Shown one piece after another: positions 10,260 to 19,976 of a DNA stretch of 64,000 bases. This DNA is from Candidatus Fervidifonticultor secundus (GTDB lineage Bacteria > Sysuimicrobiota > Sysuimicrobiia > Sysuimicrobiales > Humicultoraceae): the NCBI GenBank assembly GCA_031459385.1, contig JAVKIP010000016.1, positions 11,286 to 75,285 of the forward strand, read 5' to 3'. The first letter of the stretch is position 1. Every line of letters starts with the position of its first letter. The translations under genes and the position numbers were made by a program. Below the pieces are notes generated by a model that made no database searches, was not told where the DNA came from, and saw nothing but the letters and a program-made list of their open reading frames with translations.

Positions 10260-11749
10260 TGTTCTCCACGGTCCTGGTTGCCAACCGCGGCGAGATCGCC
10301 GTGCGGATCATCCGCACCTGCCGGGAGCTCGGCGTCCGCGCTGTGGCTGTCTACTCCGAGGCGGACGCGGCTGCGCCGCACGTGGCCCTCGCCGACGAGG
10401 CGATCCCGATCGGCCCGGCCGAGCCCGCCCGGTCGTACCTGGACGGCGCCCGCCTCATCGACGCCGCGCGGCGCGCCGGGGCGGAGGCGGTGCATCCAGG
10501 CTACGGGTTCCTGGCCGAGGATGCCGGGTTTGCGCGGGCGTGCGCGGACGCCGGCCTGGTCTTCATCGGGCCGCCGGCCGAGGTCATCGCGCGCTTCGGC
10601 GACAAGACCGCAGCGCGGCGCCTGGCCACCGAGGCCGGGGTGCCGGTGGTGCCGGGCGTGGAGGAGGCGCCCGACGACGGCGCGCTGTGGGACGCAGCGG
10701 CGCGCCTGGGCTTTCCGCTGCTGGTGAAGGCGGCTGCGGGCGGGGGCGGACGCGGGATGCGCGTGGTCCACCGGCCCGACGACCTCCCGGCGGCCGTCGC
10801 TGCCGCGCGGCGAGAGGCCCGGGCGGCGTTCGGGAGCGACGCGGTCTTCCTCGAGCGGCTGCTGGAGCGGTGGCGCCACGTCGAGGTGCAGGTGCTGGCG
10901 GACGCGCACGGGGGCGTCGTGCACCTGGGCGAGCGCGAGTGCAGCGTGCAACGCCGCTACCAGAAGGTCGTCGAGGAAGCGCCGTCGCCCGCAGTGGACC
11001 CGCCGCTGCGGGAGGCGCTCGGCGAAGCCGCCGTACGCCTGGCGCGGGCCGCCGGCTACGTCAACGCCGGGACGATCGAGTTCCTGGTCGATGGCCGCAC
11101 GTTCTTCTTCCTCGAAGCCAACACCCGGCTGCAGGTCGAGCATCCGGTCACCGAGCTGGTGGCCGGGGTCGACCTGGTCGCCGCCCAGCTGCGCATCGCG
11201 GCCGGCGAGCCGCTGGCCTGGCGGCAGGAGGATCTCGCCCCGCGCGGGTGGGCGATCGAGGCGCGCGTCTACGCCGAGGATCCCGAGGCGGAGTTCGCCC
11301 CATCGCCCGGTCGCGTGTTGCACCTGGCAGAGCCGCACCTGCCCGGCGTGCGCATCGACTCGGGCGTCGCCGCAGGGGTGGAGATCCCGCCGTTCTACGA
11401 TCCGCTGCTCGCGAAGCTCATCGCCTGGGGCACCGATCGGGAGCACGCGCGGCGCCGCCTGGAGCGGGCGCTGGCCGAGTACGTGATCCTCGGGCCGCGA
11501 ACCAACGTCTCGTTCCTGCGGGCCGTCGTGGGCCATCCCGCGTTCGCGGCGGGCGCGCTGACCACCGGCTTCCTGGCCGAGGAGTTCGCCGGCTGGCGGC
11601 GCCCCGAACCGCCCGAGGCCGTCGTCGCCGTCGCTGCGGTGCTGGCGGCCGTGCACGAGACGCCGCCCGCACCGCCCGGGCGCGGCGTGCGCCCGGGGCC
11701 GACTTGCGCCGACCCCTGGGCGTACCTCACCGGCTGGCGCCTGGGATGA
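10259..11749 (+). CDS. Biotin carboxylase subunit of MCC
   Basis: VANRGEIA, HPGYGFLAE, GGGGRGM, ERECSVQRR, EANTRLQVEHPVTE, FYDPLLAK. Confidence 0.95.
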   Translation: MFSTVLVANRGEIAVRIIRTCRELGVRAVAVYSEADAAAPHVALADEAIPIGPAEPARSYLDGARLIDAARRAGAEAVHPGYGFLAEDAGFARACADAGLVFIGPPAEVIARFGDKTAARRLATEAGVPVVPGVEEAPDDGALWDAAARLGFPLLVKAAAGGGGRGMRVVHRPDDLPAAVAAARREARAAFGSDAVFLERLLERWRHVEVQVLADAHGGVVHLGERECSVQRRYQKVVEEAPSPAVDPPLREALGEAAVRLARAAGYVNAGTIEFLVDGRTFFFLEANTRLQVEHPVTELVAGVDLVAAQLRIAAGEPLAWRQEDLAPRGWAIEARVYAEDPEAEFAPSPGRVLHLAEPHLPGVRIDSGVAAGVEIPPFYDPLLAKLIAWGTDREHARRRLERALAEYVILGPRTNVSFLRAVVGHPAFAAGALTTGFLAEEFAGWRRPEPPEAVVAVAAVLAAVHETPPAPPGRGVRPGPTCADPWAYLTGWRLG

Positions 11750-12399
11750 GTACGCGCGTCGTGCTGCAGGTCGGCACGCAGACGCTCACCGCTGAGGTGC
11801 GGGGCGATTTCGCCGCGGCGCACGAGCGCTCCGCCGGGCCTCTGTCTGCGGCCGGACACCCAGCCCTCGCCCAGGGCGTACGGGCCGAGGTCGTGCTGGC
11901 CGGGGGGACGACACCGCTGCGCGTGGCCCTGCAACAGCTGGGACCGGGCCGGTACCTGGCGACCGTCGACGGGCAGACCCTGCTCGTGCACCACGCCGCC
12001 TGGGGCACGGTGCACCATGTGCACGCCGCGGGCGCGGACTTCACCTTCCGCCGCGTGCACCCGCACGCCCCGGACGCGGCTGCGCTGGGGGGTGGCGATG
12101 CGCCACCATACGTCCCCGTCGCGTCGCCGCCGGCGGGCATCACGGCCGGTGCGACACCGTCGCCTGCAGCCGGCGCCACCCGCCAGGCGCGTGCCCCCAT
12201 GCCCGGCGTGGTGACACGCGTGCTGGTGGCCGAGGGGCAGGCCGTCGCCGCCGGCCAGCCGCTCTGCGTCCTCGAGGCCATGAAGATGGAGACCCTGGTC
12301 GAGGCGCCAGCCGCCGGGCGAGTGGTGCGCATCACCGTCGCGCCGGGGACGCAGGTCGACGGCGGGGCGGTACTCGTGGACCTCGAGGCGCCGGCGTGA
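11746..12399 (+). CDS. Biotin carboxyl carrier protein
   Basis: APMPG...EAMKME biotinylation motif after a Pro/Ala linker; ATGA overlap. Confidence 0.9.
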   Translation: MSTRVVLQVGTQTLTAEVRGDFAAAHERSAGPLSAAGHPALAQGVRAEVVLAGGTTPLRVALQQLGPGRYLATVDGQTLLVHHAAWGTVHHVHAAGADFTFRRVHPHAPDAAALGGGDAPPYVPVASPPAGITAGATPSPAAGATRQARAPMPGVVTRVLVAEGQAVAAGQPLCVLEAMKMETLVEAPAAGRVVRITVAPGTQVDGGAVLVDLEAPA

Positions 12400-13316
12400 G
12401 CCTGCGCTATCCGGGCAGCGTGCGCGTGGTCGAGGTCGGGCCGCGCGACGGCCTGCAGAACGAAGCCGGCGTCGTGCCGGTCGACGCCAAGGTGCGCTTC
12501 GTCGAGCTGCTGGCCGACGCGGGGCTGCCCGTCATCGAGGTCGGCGCGTTCGTGCGCCCCGACCGCGTGCCGCAGATGGCCGACACCGACCAGGTGCTCC
12601 GTCGGCTTGCCCCCCGCCCCCACACCACCTACGTCGTCCTGGTGCCCAACCGCCGCGGCCTGGAGCGAGCGATCGCAGCCGGCGCCCGCACCGTCGCCGT
12701 CTTCACGGCCGCCTCCGAGGCGTTCGCCCGGGCCAACATCGGCATGTCGGTGGACGCATCCCTCGACGTCTTCCGCGACGTCGTTCGGGAGGCGGCGGCG
12801 CAGGGGATCGGCGTCCGCGGCTACGTCTCCACGGCCTGGTGGTGCCCGTACTCGGGCCCCGTGGCCCCGGAGGCCGCGCGCCGGGTGGCCCTGGCCCTGG
12901 CCGAGATGGGGTGCGACGAAGTGGGGCTCGGCGACACTATCGGCGCGGCCACGCCCGGCGAGGTGGCGCGGCTGCTCGAGGTCGTACTGCGCGACCTGCC
13001 CGCCGGGCGGCTGACGGTGCACTTCCACGACACGCGCGGCACCGCCCTGGCCAACGTCCTGGCCGCGCTGGACGCCGGGGTGGCCACCGTGGACGCGTCC
13101 GCCGGCGGACTCGGCGGGTGCCCGTTCGCGCCCGGCGCGCTCGGCAACGTCGCCACCGAGGACTTGCTCTACATGCTGCACGGCATGGGCATCGCCACCG
13201 GCGTCGACCTGGAGGCCGTGCGGGCGGCGGCGCGCTACATCGAAGGCGTCCTGGGCCGGCCGCTGCCCGCGCGATACCTGCGGGCCGGGCCGCCGGGCCC
13301 GGCCGCGCCGCGCTAG
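12396..13316 (+). CDS. liuE: Hydroxymethylglutaryl-CoA lyase
   Basis: EVGPRDGLQNE, GDTIG, HFHDTRG, GGLGGCPFAPGA.GNVATED. Confidence 0.95.
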   Translation: MSLRYPGSVRVVEVGPRDGLQNEAGVVPVDAKVRFVELLADAGLPVIEVGAFVRPDRVPQMADTDQVLRRLAPRPHTTYVVLVPNRRGLERAIAAGARTVAVFTAASEAFARANIGMSVDASLDVFRDVVREAAAQGIGVRGYVSTAWWCPYSGPVAPEAARRVALALAEMGCDEVGLGDTIGAATPGEVARLLEVVLRDLPAGRLTVHFHDTRGTALANVLAALDAGVATVDASAGGLGGCPFAPGALGNVATEDLLYMLHGMGIATGVDLEAVRAAARYIEGVLGRPLPARYLRAGPPGPAAPR

Positions 13317-13546
13317 CAATCCGTGGGCGCACGCGCACCGTCGCCGCGCATGCCCCGGCGGTGGGGCGGTGCAGGCCGCAGCGTGTAGTCGGCCTTTCGG
13401 TACGTGGCCCGCACCCCGCAGTGGGGGCAGGTGTGGTAGTTCGCGGCGAGCGTGCCACGCTCGAACGATGCGCGGTCCATCCGCAGCCCGCTGTCGAAGG
13501 GCCGGCGGCAGGCCGTGCAGGAGACCCACAGGGCGAACCCGGCCAC
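13313..13546 (-). CDS. Small zinc-ribbon protein
   Basis: CTAC...CPHC pairs in a 77-aa ORF directly downstream of the 13553-13912 gene. Confidence 0.65.
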   Translation of the reverse strand: MAGFALWVSCTACRRPFDSGLRMDRASFERGTLAANYHTCPHCGVRATYRKADYTLRPAPPHRRGMRGDGARAPTDC

Positions 13547-13552
13547 GGCCGA

Positions 13553-13912
13553 TCACGTCCCGGGCCGGGTGGCCCGGTAGCGTGCCACGTCCTCGGCGCG
13601 CCAGATGCGCCGGTGACCCGATGCGAACAGGGGCGCGGGGAAGTCGGGGCGCGCGGCCACCTCGTCCAGGAAGCGCCGGGGCGGCAGGCCGAACTGCTCT
13701 GCCGCCTCCACCGCACTCACGATGGGGATACCCTCGGCGACGGCGCGGCACACGGCGGCGATCAGCGAGTCGGAGGCCTGCGGGCGGCTGAGGACCAGGC
13801 GCAGCGCGGAGATGCCCCGCGGGTGGGCCTGCTTGATGAGGTTGCTGTAGTGCCGCAGGTCCTCGGTGTAGCCCCGCAGGTGAGTCAGGACCTTCGCGTC
13901 GTCTCCCAGCAT
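13553..13912 (-). CDS. Hypothetical protein with C-terminal AlpA/excisionase-like HTH
   Basis: C-terminal SAVEAAEQFGL...FPAPLF.SGHRRIWRAEDV resembles AlpA/MerR-like HTH; start could be GTG 13924. Confidence 0.6.
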   Translation of the reverse strand: MLGDDAKVLTHLRGYTEDLRHYSNLIKQAHPRGISALRLVLSRPQASDSLIAAVCRAVAEGIPIVSAVEAAEQFGLPPRRFLDEVAARPDFPAPLFASGHRRIWRAEDVARYRATRPGT

Positions 13913-13994
13913 GGGCTCGGCCACGCCACCTGAGTTCGCGGAATAGACCCTCCGTGCCTCTCGTTGGCGCGGGAGGGAGAGCAGGAGGGACGCG

Positions 13995-14705
13995 ATGCCG
14001 TTACTCAACGACCAGGATGCGGCCTTCGTTCGCAAGCGGCTGCGCGAGGAACTGGAGCACGACGTGCGGCTCGTGTTCTTCGCGCCGAGCCTGGGCGGAC
14101 TGGCGGTGCCCGGCGCGGACTGGGAGATGGCCGAGTACACCCGGCGGATCTTGCAAGAGTTTGCCGCGCTCTCGGAGCGCGTGCACCTGGAGGAGCACAG
14201 TCTGGCGGGCGAGCCCGAGCTGGCGCGGCAGTATGGCGTCGCGCGCACGCCGGCCACGCTCATCATCGGCGCCGAGGACTACGGCGTCCGCTTCTACGGC
14301 GCGCCCGCCGGCTACGAGTTCGTGACCCTCCTGGAACTGGTGCTGGACGTCTCGAAGGGTCGCGCCCCGATCGCCGAGGCGACCCGCGCGGCCCTGCAGG
14401 CGCTGCCCGGCGACGTCCACCTCCAGGTCTTCGTCACGCCCACCTGACCCCACTGCCCTCGGGCGGCCAGGCTGGCCGCCGATCTCGCGATCGCGTCGCC
14501 GCGCGTCCGCGCCGACATCGTGGAAGCCAGCGAGTTCCCCGACCTGGCCCAGCGCTACAACGTCTATGCCGTGCCCAAGACGGTCATCAACGACGTCCGC
14601 GAGGTGGTGGGCGCCGTGCCGGAGGCGCAGCTGGTCGCCGCGCTGGCGGAGGCCGTGCGGCCCGGGGCAGCGGCGTCTGCAGCGTCCGACGTGCCCTCTG
14701 CCTGA
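13995..14705 (+). CDS. Protein-disulfide oxidoreductase (two thioredoxin folds, AhpF-N/PDO-like), probable selenoprotein with TGA at 14445-14447 read as Sec
   Basis: ORFs 13995-14447 and 14520-14705 are in the same frame; read-through gives VFVTPT-U-PHC-PRAARLA...EASEFPDLAQRYNVYAVPKTVIND, so TGA sits at the first Cys of the CPxC site. Confidence 0.85.
14462..14480 (+). promoter_or_regulatory. Putative bacterial SECIS hairpin
   Basis: GGCGGCCA-GGC-TGGCCGCC perfect stem with G-rich apical loop starting 14 nt after the TGA. Confidence 0.65.
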
Positions 14706-14747
14706 GCCGGGTGCCGGCGCTGCGGAATTTGCTACGATAGAGGAGCC

Positions 14748-15992
14748 GTGGGCGCCGTTGACTCCGATGTCGTCGTCACCGGGCTAGGGGCGATCACGCC
14801 TCTCGGCCTGTCCGCCGCGGAGACCTGGCAGGGCTTGGTCGAGGGCCGCTCTGGTGTGGCGCGCATCGCGCAGTTCGATCCCCAGGACCTGCCGGTGCAG
14901 ATCGCGGCCGAGGTGAAGGGCTTCGACCCGGCGCCCTACATCGACGCCAGGATGGCGGGCCGACTCGAGCGGTTCGCGCAGTTTGCCGTGGCGGCCTCCA
15001 TCCAGGCCCTGGCCGATGCCGGCCTCACCCCCAATGGCGAGACCGCCGACCGCATCGGCGTCGTGATGAACACCGGCGGCGGCGGCATGCCCCTGGTGGA
15101 GCGCGAGCGGCTGGTCCTGCTGGAGAAGGGGCCGCGCCGCGTCAGCCCCCTGTTCGTGCCCATGATGATGCCGAACATCGGCGCCTGCCAGGTGTCGATC
15201 CAGCTGGGCCTGCGCGGGCCAGCCGTCACCGCCACCGCCGCATGCGCCTCCGGCGTCCAGGCCATCGTAGACGCCCTGCGCCTCATTCGCGACGGCGATG
15301 CCGACGTGATCATCGCCGGGGGCAGCGAGGCAGCGCTCACGCCGCTCTCCATTGCGGCCATGGCCAACATGCGGGCGCTGTCGCGGCGCAACGACGAGCC
15401 CGAACGCGCCAGCCGGCCCTTCGACCTGGATCGCGATGGCTTCGTCTTCGGCGAAGGGGCCGTGGCACTGGTGCTCGAGCGCCGCGCCCACGCCGTCGCG
15501 CGCGGCGCGCGCGTCTACGCCGTCGTGCTGGGCGGTGCCATGACCGCCGACGCCCACCACATCACGGCGCCCGACCCCGAGGGGCACGGCGCCGCCCGTG
15601 CCATGAGCCGCGCCCTCGCGCACGCCGGCCTGCAGCCGGGGGACGTGGACTACATCTGCGCCCACGCCACCGCCACGCCCATCGGCGACGTCGCCGAATG
15701 CCGCGCGATCCGCCGCGTGTTCGGCGCGCATGCCGACCGCCTGGCGGTGAGCGCCCCGAAGTCCATGGTGGGCCACCTCATGGGCGCCGCCGGGGCGCTG
15801 GCGGCGCTGGCGGCAGTGAAGACGGTGCAGGAGGATCTCATCCCGCCGACGATCAACCTGGACAGACAGGATCCGGAGTGCGACCTCGACTGCGTGCCCC
15901 ACCGCGCGCGCCGCGCCCGCGTGCGCGCGGCCATCGCCAACGGGTTCGGGTTCGGCGGGCAGAACATCGTGGCGGTGTTCGCGAAGGCGTGA
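14748..15992 (+). CDS. fabF: 3-oxoacyl-ACP synthase II
   Basis: VVTGLGAITPLG, ACASG (catalytic Cys), SRPFDLDRDGFV.GEG, HATAT, KSMVGH, NGFGFGGQN. Confidence 0.95.
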   Translation: MGAVDSDVVVTGLGAITPLGLSAAETWQGLVEGRSGVARIAQFDPQDLPVQIAAEVKGFDPAPYIDARMAGRLERFAQFAVAASIQALADAGLTPNGETADRIGVVMNTGGGGMPLVERERLVLLEKGPRRVSPLFVPMMMPNIGACQVSIQLGLRGPAVTATAACASGVQAIVDALRLIRDGDADVIIAGGSEAALTPLSIAAMANMRALSRRNDEPERASRPFDLDRDGFVFGEGAVALVLERRAHAVARGARVYAVVLGGAMTADAHHITAPDPEGHGAARAMSRALAHAGLQPGDVDYICAHATATPIGDVAECRAIRRVFGAHADRLAVSAPKSMVGHLMGAAGALAALAAVKTVQEDLIPPTINLDRQDPECDLDCVPHRARRARVRAAIANGFGFGGQNIVAVFAKA

Positions 15993-17293
15993 GCTCCTCC
16001 GACGACCTGCTGCGGCGCTACGGGGACGTGGCGGTCCCGGCGATCTACCGCTACACTGATCTGACGTTCGTCCGCGGCGAGGGCGTCTACCTGTACGACG
16101 CCGACGGTGCCCGCTACCTGGACCTGGCGGCCGGCATCGCCACCATGGCCGTCGGCCACTGCCACCCGCGCGTCGTGGCGGCGGTCACCGAGCAGGCGCG
16201 CACGCTCCTGCACGGCGCCGCTCACATCGGGGTCATGGACCCGTACGTGGCGCTGCTGGAGCGGCTGCGTGGGCTGGTGCCCGCGCGGCTGCGCCAGGGC
16301 CGGGGGCTGCTGCTGAACAGCGGCAGCGAGGCGATCGAGGCCGCTGCCAAACTGGCCCGCTACGCGACGGGCAGGCCGATGCTTATCGCGTTCCACCACG
16401 CGTTCCACGGCCGCCCCATGGGCGCGTTGAGCCTGACGGCCAGCGTCGCGGCGTACCGCCGGCGGCTGTCGGGCCTGCTGCCCGGCGTCTACCACGCCGT
16501 CTACCCGGCACCGCACCTGCCGCTGGGCGCGACCCCCGAGGCCCGGGGTGCCGCGGCGCTGGCGCTGCTGGAAGACGCGCTGCGCACCGTCGTGCCGCCC
16601 GAAGACGTGGCGGGCATCGTGGTGGAGCCCATCGTGGGCGAGGGCGGCTACCTCGTGCCGCCGTCGGGTTTCCTCGAGGGCCTCTGGGCGCTGGCACGCC
16701 GGCACGACTTGCTGGTCATTGCCGACGAGGTCCAGACCGGCCTGGGGCGCACCGGGCGGTGGTTCGCGGTCGAGCACTGGGGGCTGGAACCCGACATCCT
16801 GGTCCTGGGCAAGGCCCTGGGCGGCGGCCTCCCGCTGGGCGCGGTGCTGGCGCGCCGCGAGATCGCGGACGCCTGGCAACCCGGGGCCCACGGGTCCACG
16901 TTCGGCGGCAACCCGGTGGCGTGCAGGGCCGGCCTGGCCACGATCGACGTAATCGAGGCCGAAGGCCTGCTGGAACGCGCCCGCACCGTGGGCGCGTTCA
17001 TCGCCGATGCCCTGCGCGCCGCCCGCGCCGACGTCCCGGTGCTGGGCGACGTCCGGGGGCTGGGGCTCATGATCGGGGCCGACGTGGTCGATCCCGCCAC
17101 CGGCCGGCCGGATGCGGCGCGCACGCGCGCGGTGCTGGCGGCCACGCCGCGCGCCGGACTCGTGCTCACCAAGTGCGGCGAGGCCACGGTGCGCATCTCG
17201 CCGCCGCTCATCCTCACCCGGGAGCAGGCCCAGGGTGCGGTCGAGGCGCTGCTGGGCGTGCTGCGGCAGGTCGGCGGCACCACGTCGCTCTGA
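15989..17293 (+). CDS. Class III PLP aminotransferase (GabT/ArgD-like)
   Basis: NSGSEAIE, FHGR, EPIVGEGG, DEVQTGLGRTG, GKALGGG, HGSTFGGNP. Confidence 0.92.
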   Translation: MSSSDDLLRRYGDVAVPAIYRYTDLTFVRGEGVYLYDADGARYLDLAAGIATMAVGHCHPRVVAAVTEQARTLLHGAAHIGVMDPYVALLERLRGLVPARLRQGRGLLLNSGSEAIEAAAKLARYATGRPMLIAFHHAFHGRPMGALSLTASVAAYRRRLSGLLPGVYHAVYPAPHLPLGATPEARGAAALALLEDALRTVVPPEDVAGIVVEPIVGEGGYLVPPSGFLEGLWALARRHDLLVIADEVQTGLGRTGRWFAVEHWGLEPDILVLGKALGGGLPLGAVLARREIADAWQPGAHGSTFGGNPVACRAGLATIDVIEAEGLLERARTVGAFIADALRAARADVPVLGDVRGLGLMIGADVVDPATGRPDAARTRAVLAATPRAGLVLTKCGEATVRISPPLILTREQAQGAVEALLGVLRQVGGTTSL

Positions 17294-18312
17294 TGCTGGT
17301 GGTGGTCAAGGAGCGCGAGGGTCCGGGCTTTGCGCTCCGGACCGTCCCTGTGCCCGTGCCACCGCCGGGCTGGGTGCGGGTGCGCGTACGCGCCGCCGGC
17401 ATCTGCGGCTCCGACCTGCCGATCTTCGACGGGCGGCGCCGGGTGCCGTTGCCGCTCATCCCCGGGCACGAGGTCACGGGCGAGGTCGAGCGCCTCGGGC
17501 CCGGCGTAGACGGGTGGACGCCGGGCGACCGCGTGGCCGTGGGCATGGTCGTGGCCTGCGGCCGGTGCACGGCGTGCGCCGCCGCGCAGCCAGAACTCTG
17601 CGATGCCCTGGTCGAGCTCGGCATCGACGCCCCTGGCGGCTTCGCCGACTACATGGTGGCGCCTGCCGCCAACCTCCACCGCCTGCCTGCCGGGCTCTCG
17701 TTCGTGGAGGCCACGGCCGCCGACCCCCTGGCGTCGACCCTGCACGGCCTGGCGCCGGCGCAGATCACCCCCGACGACGTCGTGGCGGTCTTCGGGCTGG
17801 GTGCCATCGGCCTGTACGCCGTGCAGGTGGCCCGGTCCGCAGGTGCGCGGCGGGTGGTCGCCCTCGGCCGCCGCGACGACGCGCTGCAGTTGGCCCGGGA
17901 GCTCGGGGCGGAGGCGGTGGACCTGCGCGGCCGCGACGCGCCGGCCGCAGTGCGCGCCCTGGCGCCGGGCGGGGCCTCCGTGGTCGTCGAGGCCACCGGC
18001 GCGCCGGCGGTGGCCTCGCAGGCCGTGGCGAGCGCAGCCAAGGGTGCCCGCGTGGTCGTCCTCGGCGTCTTCTATGAGCCGGTGCCGATGGACCTGGGGG
18101 CCCTCGTCCGCCGAGAATTGCGGGTGTTCGGCCGCCTGTGCTATACGTGGGACGAGTACGAGCAGGCGCTGGCACTGCTGGCGTCTGGCCGGATCCGGCC
18201 GCTCGTGAGCCATACGTTTCCCCTGTCCGAGATCTCCCGCGCCCTTGACCTGCTCCGCAGCCGCGGGACGATCAAGGTGGTCGTGGAACCAGCACCGCAG
18301 GAGGAGGGCTGA
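17293..18312 (+). CDS. Zinc-dependent alcohol dehydrogenase (MDR, threonine/sorbitol DH-like)
   Basis: GICGSD, GHE, CGRCTAC...C, GLGAIG. Confidence 0.92.
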   Translation: MLVVVKEREGPGFALRTVPVPVPPPGWVRVRVRAAGICGSDLPIFDGRRRVPLPLIPGHEVTGEVERLGPGVDGWTPGDRVAVGMVVACGRCTACAAAQPELCDALVELGIDAPGGFADYMVAPAANLHRLPAGLSFVEATAADPLASTLHGLAPAQITPDDVVAVFGLGAIGLYAVQVARSAGARRVVALGRRDDALQLARELGAEAVDLRGRDAPAAVRALAPGGASVVVEATGAPAVASQAVASAAKGARVVVLGVFYEPVPMDLGALVRRELRVFGRLCYTWDEYEQALALLASGRIRPLVSHTFPLSEISRALDLLRSRGTIKVVVEPAPQEEG

Positions 18313-18314
18313 GA

Positions 18315-19889
18315 GTGAACAGAGTCCTGGGACTTGTGCTCGTGGTTGTGCTCGCGGCAGGGACGGCTCTGCAGGCCGCGCCCGGCGGTCGCGCGCTGGT
18401 CATGGCCAGGGCCAAGATGGACATCCGCACGCTCGACCCGCACCGCCAGTACGAGATCTCGCCGCCGCAGATCATCCGTGCGGCCTACGAGACGCTCGTC
18501 ACCCTGGGGGAGCAGGGACGGAACCTCACCAGGCTGGAGCCGCTGCTGGCGGAGTCGTACACGATCTCGCCGGACGGCAAGACCTACACCTTCCGGCTCC
18601 GGCGGGGCGTGAGGTTCCACACCGGCGGCGTCATGACGGCCCAGGACGTCGTCTTCTCGTTCACGCGGCTGGGCAACCTCAAGGACAACCCGGCGTGGCT
18701 GTTCAGCGACCACGTGGCAGCTATCACGGCCGTCGACCCCCAGACCGTGCGGATCACGCTCAAGGAACCCAACGCGGCCTTCCTCTCGATGCTCGTCTCG
18801 CCCAACTTCGCCGTGGTGGACAGCAAGGCGGTGCGCGCCCGCGGGGGCACCGACGCCGCGGGGGCCGACAAGGCCGACCGGGCCACCGACTGGCTCGACC
18901 AGAACTCGGCTGGCACCGGGCCGTTCATCTTGCGCAGGTGGACGCGCGGGGTCGAGGTGGTGCTGGAGCGCAATCCCGCCTACTGGCGGGCGCCCGCGCC
19001 GGCGGCGCGCATCGTCGTGCGCGACATCCCCGATCCGGCCACGCAGCTCGAGCAGGTGGAGCGCGGCGACGTGCACGTCGCGCAGAGCCTGGACGCCGAC
19101 CTCATCGCCCGGTTTCGGCGGTCCGGCCGGGGCCAGGTGGTCGAGGGGAACACGCTGGACATGATCTACCTGGCGATGACCACCAACGTGCAGATCTCGT
19201 CGGCCCTGGCCGACCGGCGCGTCCGGCAGGCCGTCGCGGCCGTCATCGACTACGATGGCATCATCAAGGGCCTGATGCGCGGCGCCGCCATCCAGATCCC
19301 GTCCATCATCCCCGTAGGGCTGCTGGGCACCGACGCCAGCCTGGCACCCCGGCGCGACCTGGCGCGCGCCAGGGCGCTCATGGCCGAGGCCGGGTACCCC
19401 AACGGCTTCACGGTGAAGATGGTCTATCCGACCTACGTGCTGGTCGGCGGCCTCGCAGCCGAGACGCTGGTGACCAAGCTCCAGGCCGACCTGGCGCAGA
19501 TCGGTGTGCGGCTGCAGCTCGAGCCGCGAGAGACGGTACAGTGGCGCGCGGACTACCGCGGGGGGAAGCTGGCCATCACCATCGCCGACTGGACGCCGGA
19601 CTTCGCCGACCCGCATGGGTGGGCGGTGCCGTTCGCCGTGAAGGGGGCCGCGGCGGCCCGACGCGTCTACTACGACAATCCGCGGGCCGCGCAGCTGGCG
19701 ACCGAGGCCGGGCGCCTCACCGACCCTGCCCGGCGGGCCCAGATGTACCTGGAGCTGCAGCGTCTCCTCATCGCTGACGCGGCGTTCGTCGGGTTGATCC
19801 AGCCCAAGGTCCATCTGGCCCTGGCGCCGGGGGTGCGCGGCATCGTGTACAACCCGGTCTACTTCATGGACTACTACTACGTGCGCTAG
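18315..19889 (+). CDS. ABC transporter substrate-binding protein, family 5 (peptide/nickel)
   Basis: Signal peptide, LDPH, LAESYTISPDGKTYTFRLRRGVRFH, GTGPF. Confidence 0.92.
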   Translation: MNRVLGLVLVVVLAAGTALQAAPGGRALVMARAKMDIRTLDPHRQYEISPPQIIRAAYETLVTLGEQGRNLTRLEPLLAESYTISPDGKTYTFRLRRGVRFHTGGVMTAQDVVFSFTRLGNLKDNPAWLFSDHVAAITAVDPQTVRITLKEPNAAFLSMLVSPNFAVVDSKAVRARGGTDAAGADKADRATDWLDQNSAGTGPFILRRWTRGVEVVLERNPAYWRAPAPAARIVVRDIPDPATQLEQVERGDVHVAQSLDADLIARFRRSGRGQVVEGNTLDMIYLAMTTNVQISSALADRRVRQAVAAVIDYDGIIKGLMRGAAIQIPSIIPVGLLGTDASLAPRRDLARARALMAEAGYPNGFTVKMVYPTYVLVGGLAAETLVTKLQADLAQIGVRLQLEPRETVQWRADYRGGKLAITIADWTPDFADPHGWAVPFAVKGAAAARRVYYDNPRAAQLATEAGRLTDPARRAQMYLELQRLLIADAAFVGLIQPKVHLALAPGVRGIVYNPVYFMDYYYVR

Positions 19890-19976
19890 CGCCATCGTTC
19901 GCGCCTGGCCCGCAGGCCGCCGACCCCGGGGCGGCGTCGCGGCCGGACCACCGCGTGGGCGGGGACGGGGGGTCGC

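Noticed and set aside
10259..12399. Split biotin carboxylase and carrier genes as a frameshift or novelty
   Set aside because: Clean ATGA coupling; separate BC and BCCP genes are known in leucine-degradation operons such as Bacillus yng
14520..14705. Separate 61-aa ORF, or a pseudogene reading of 13995-14705
   Set aside because: Same frame as the upstream ORF, with TGA at the catalytic Cys position and a SECIS-like hairpin; better explained as one Sec-containing gene
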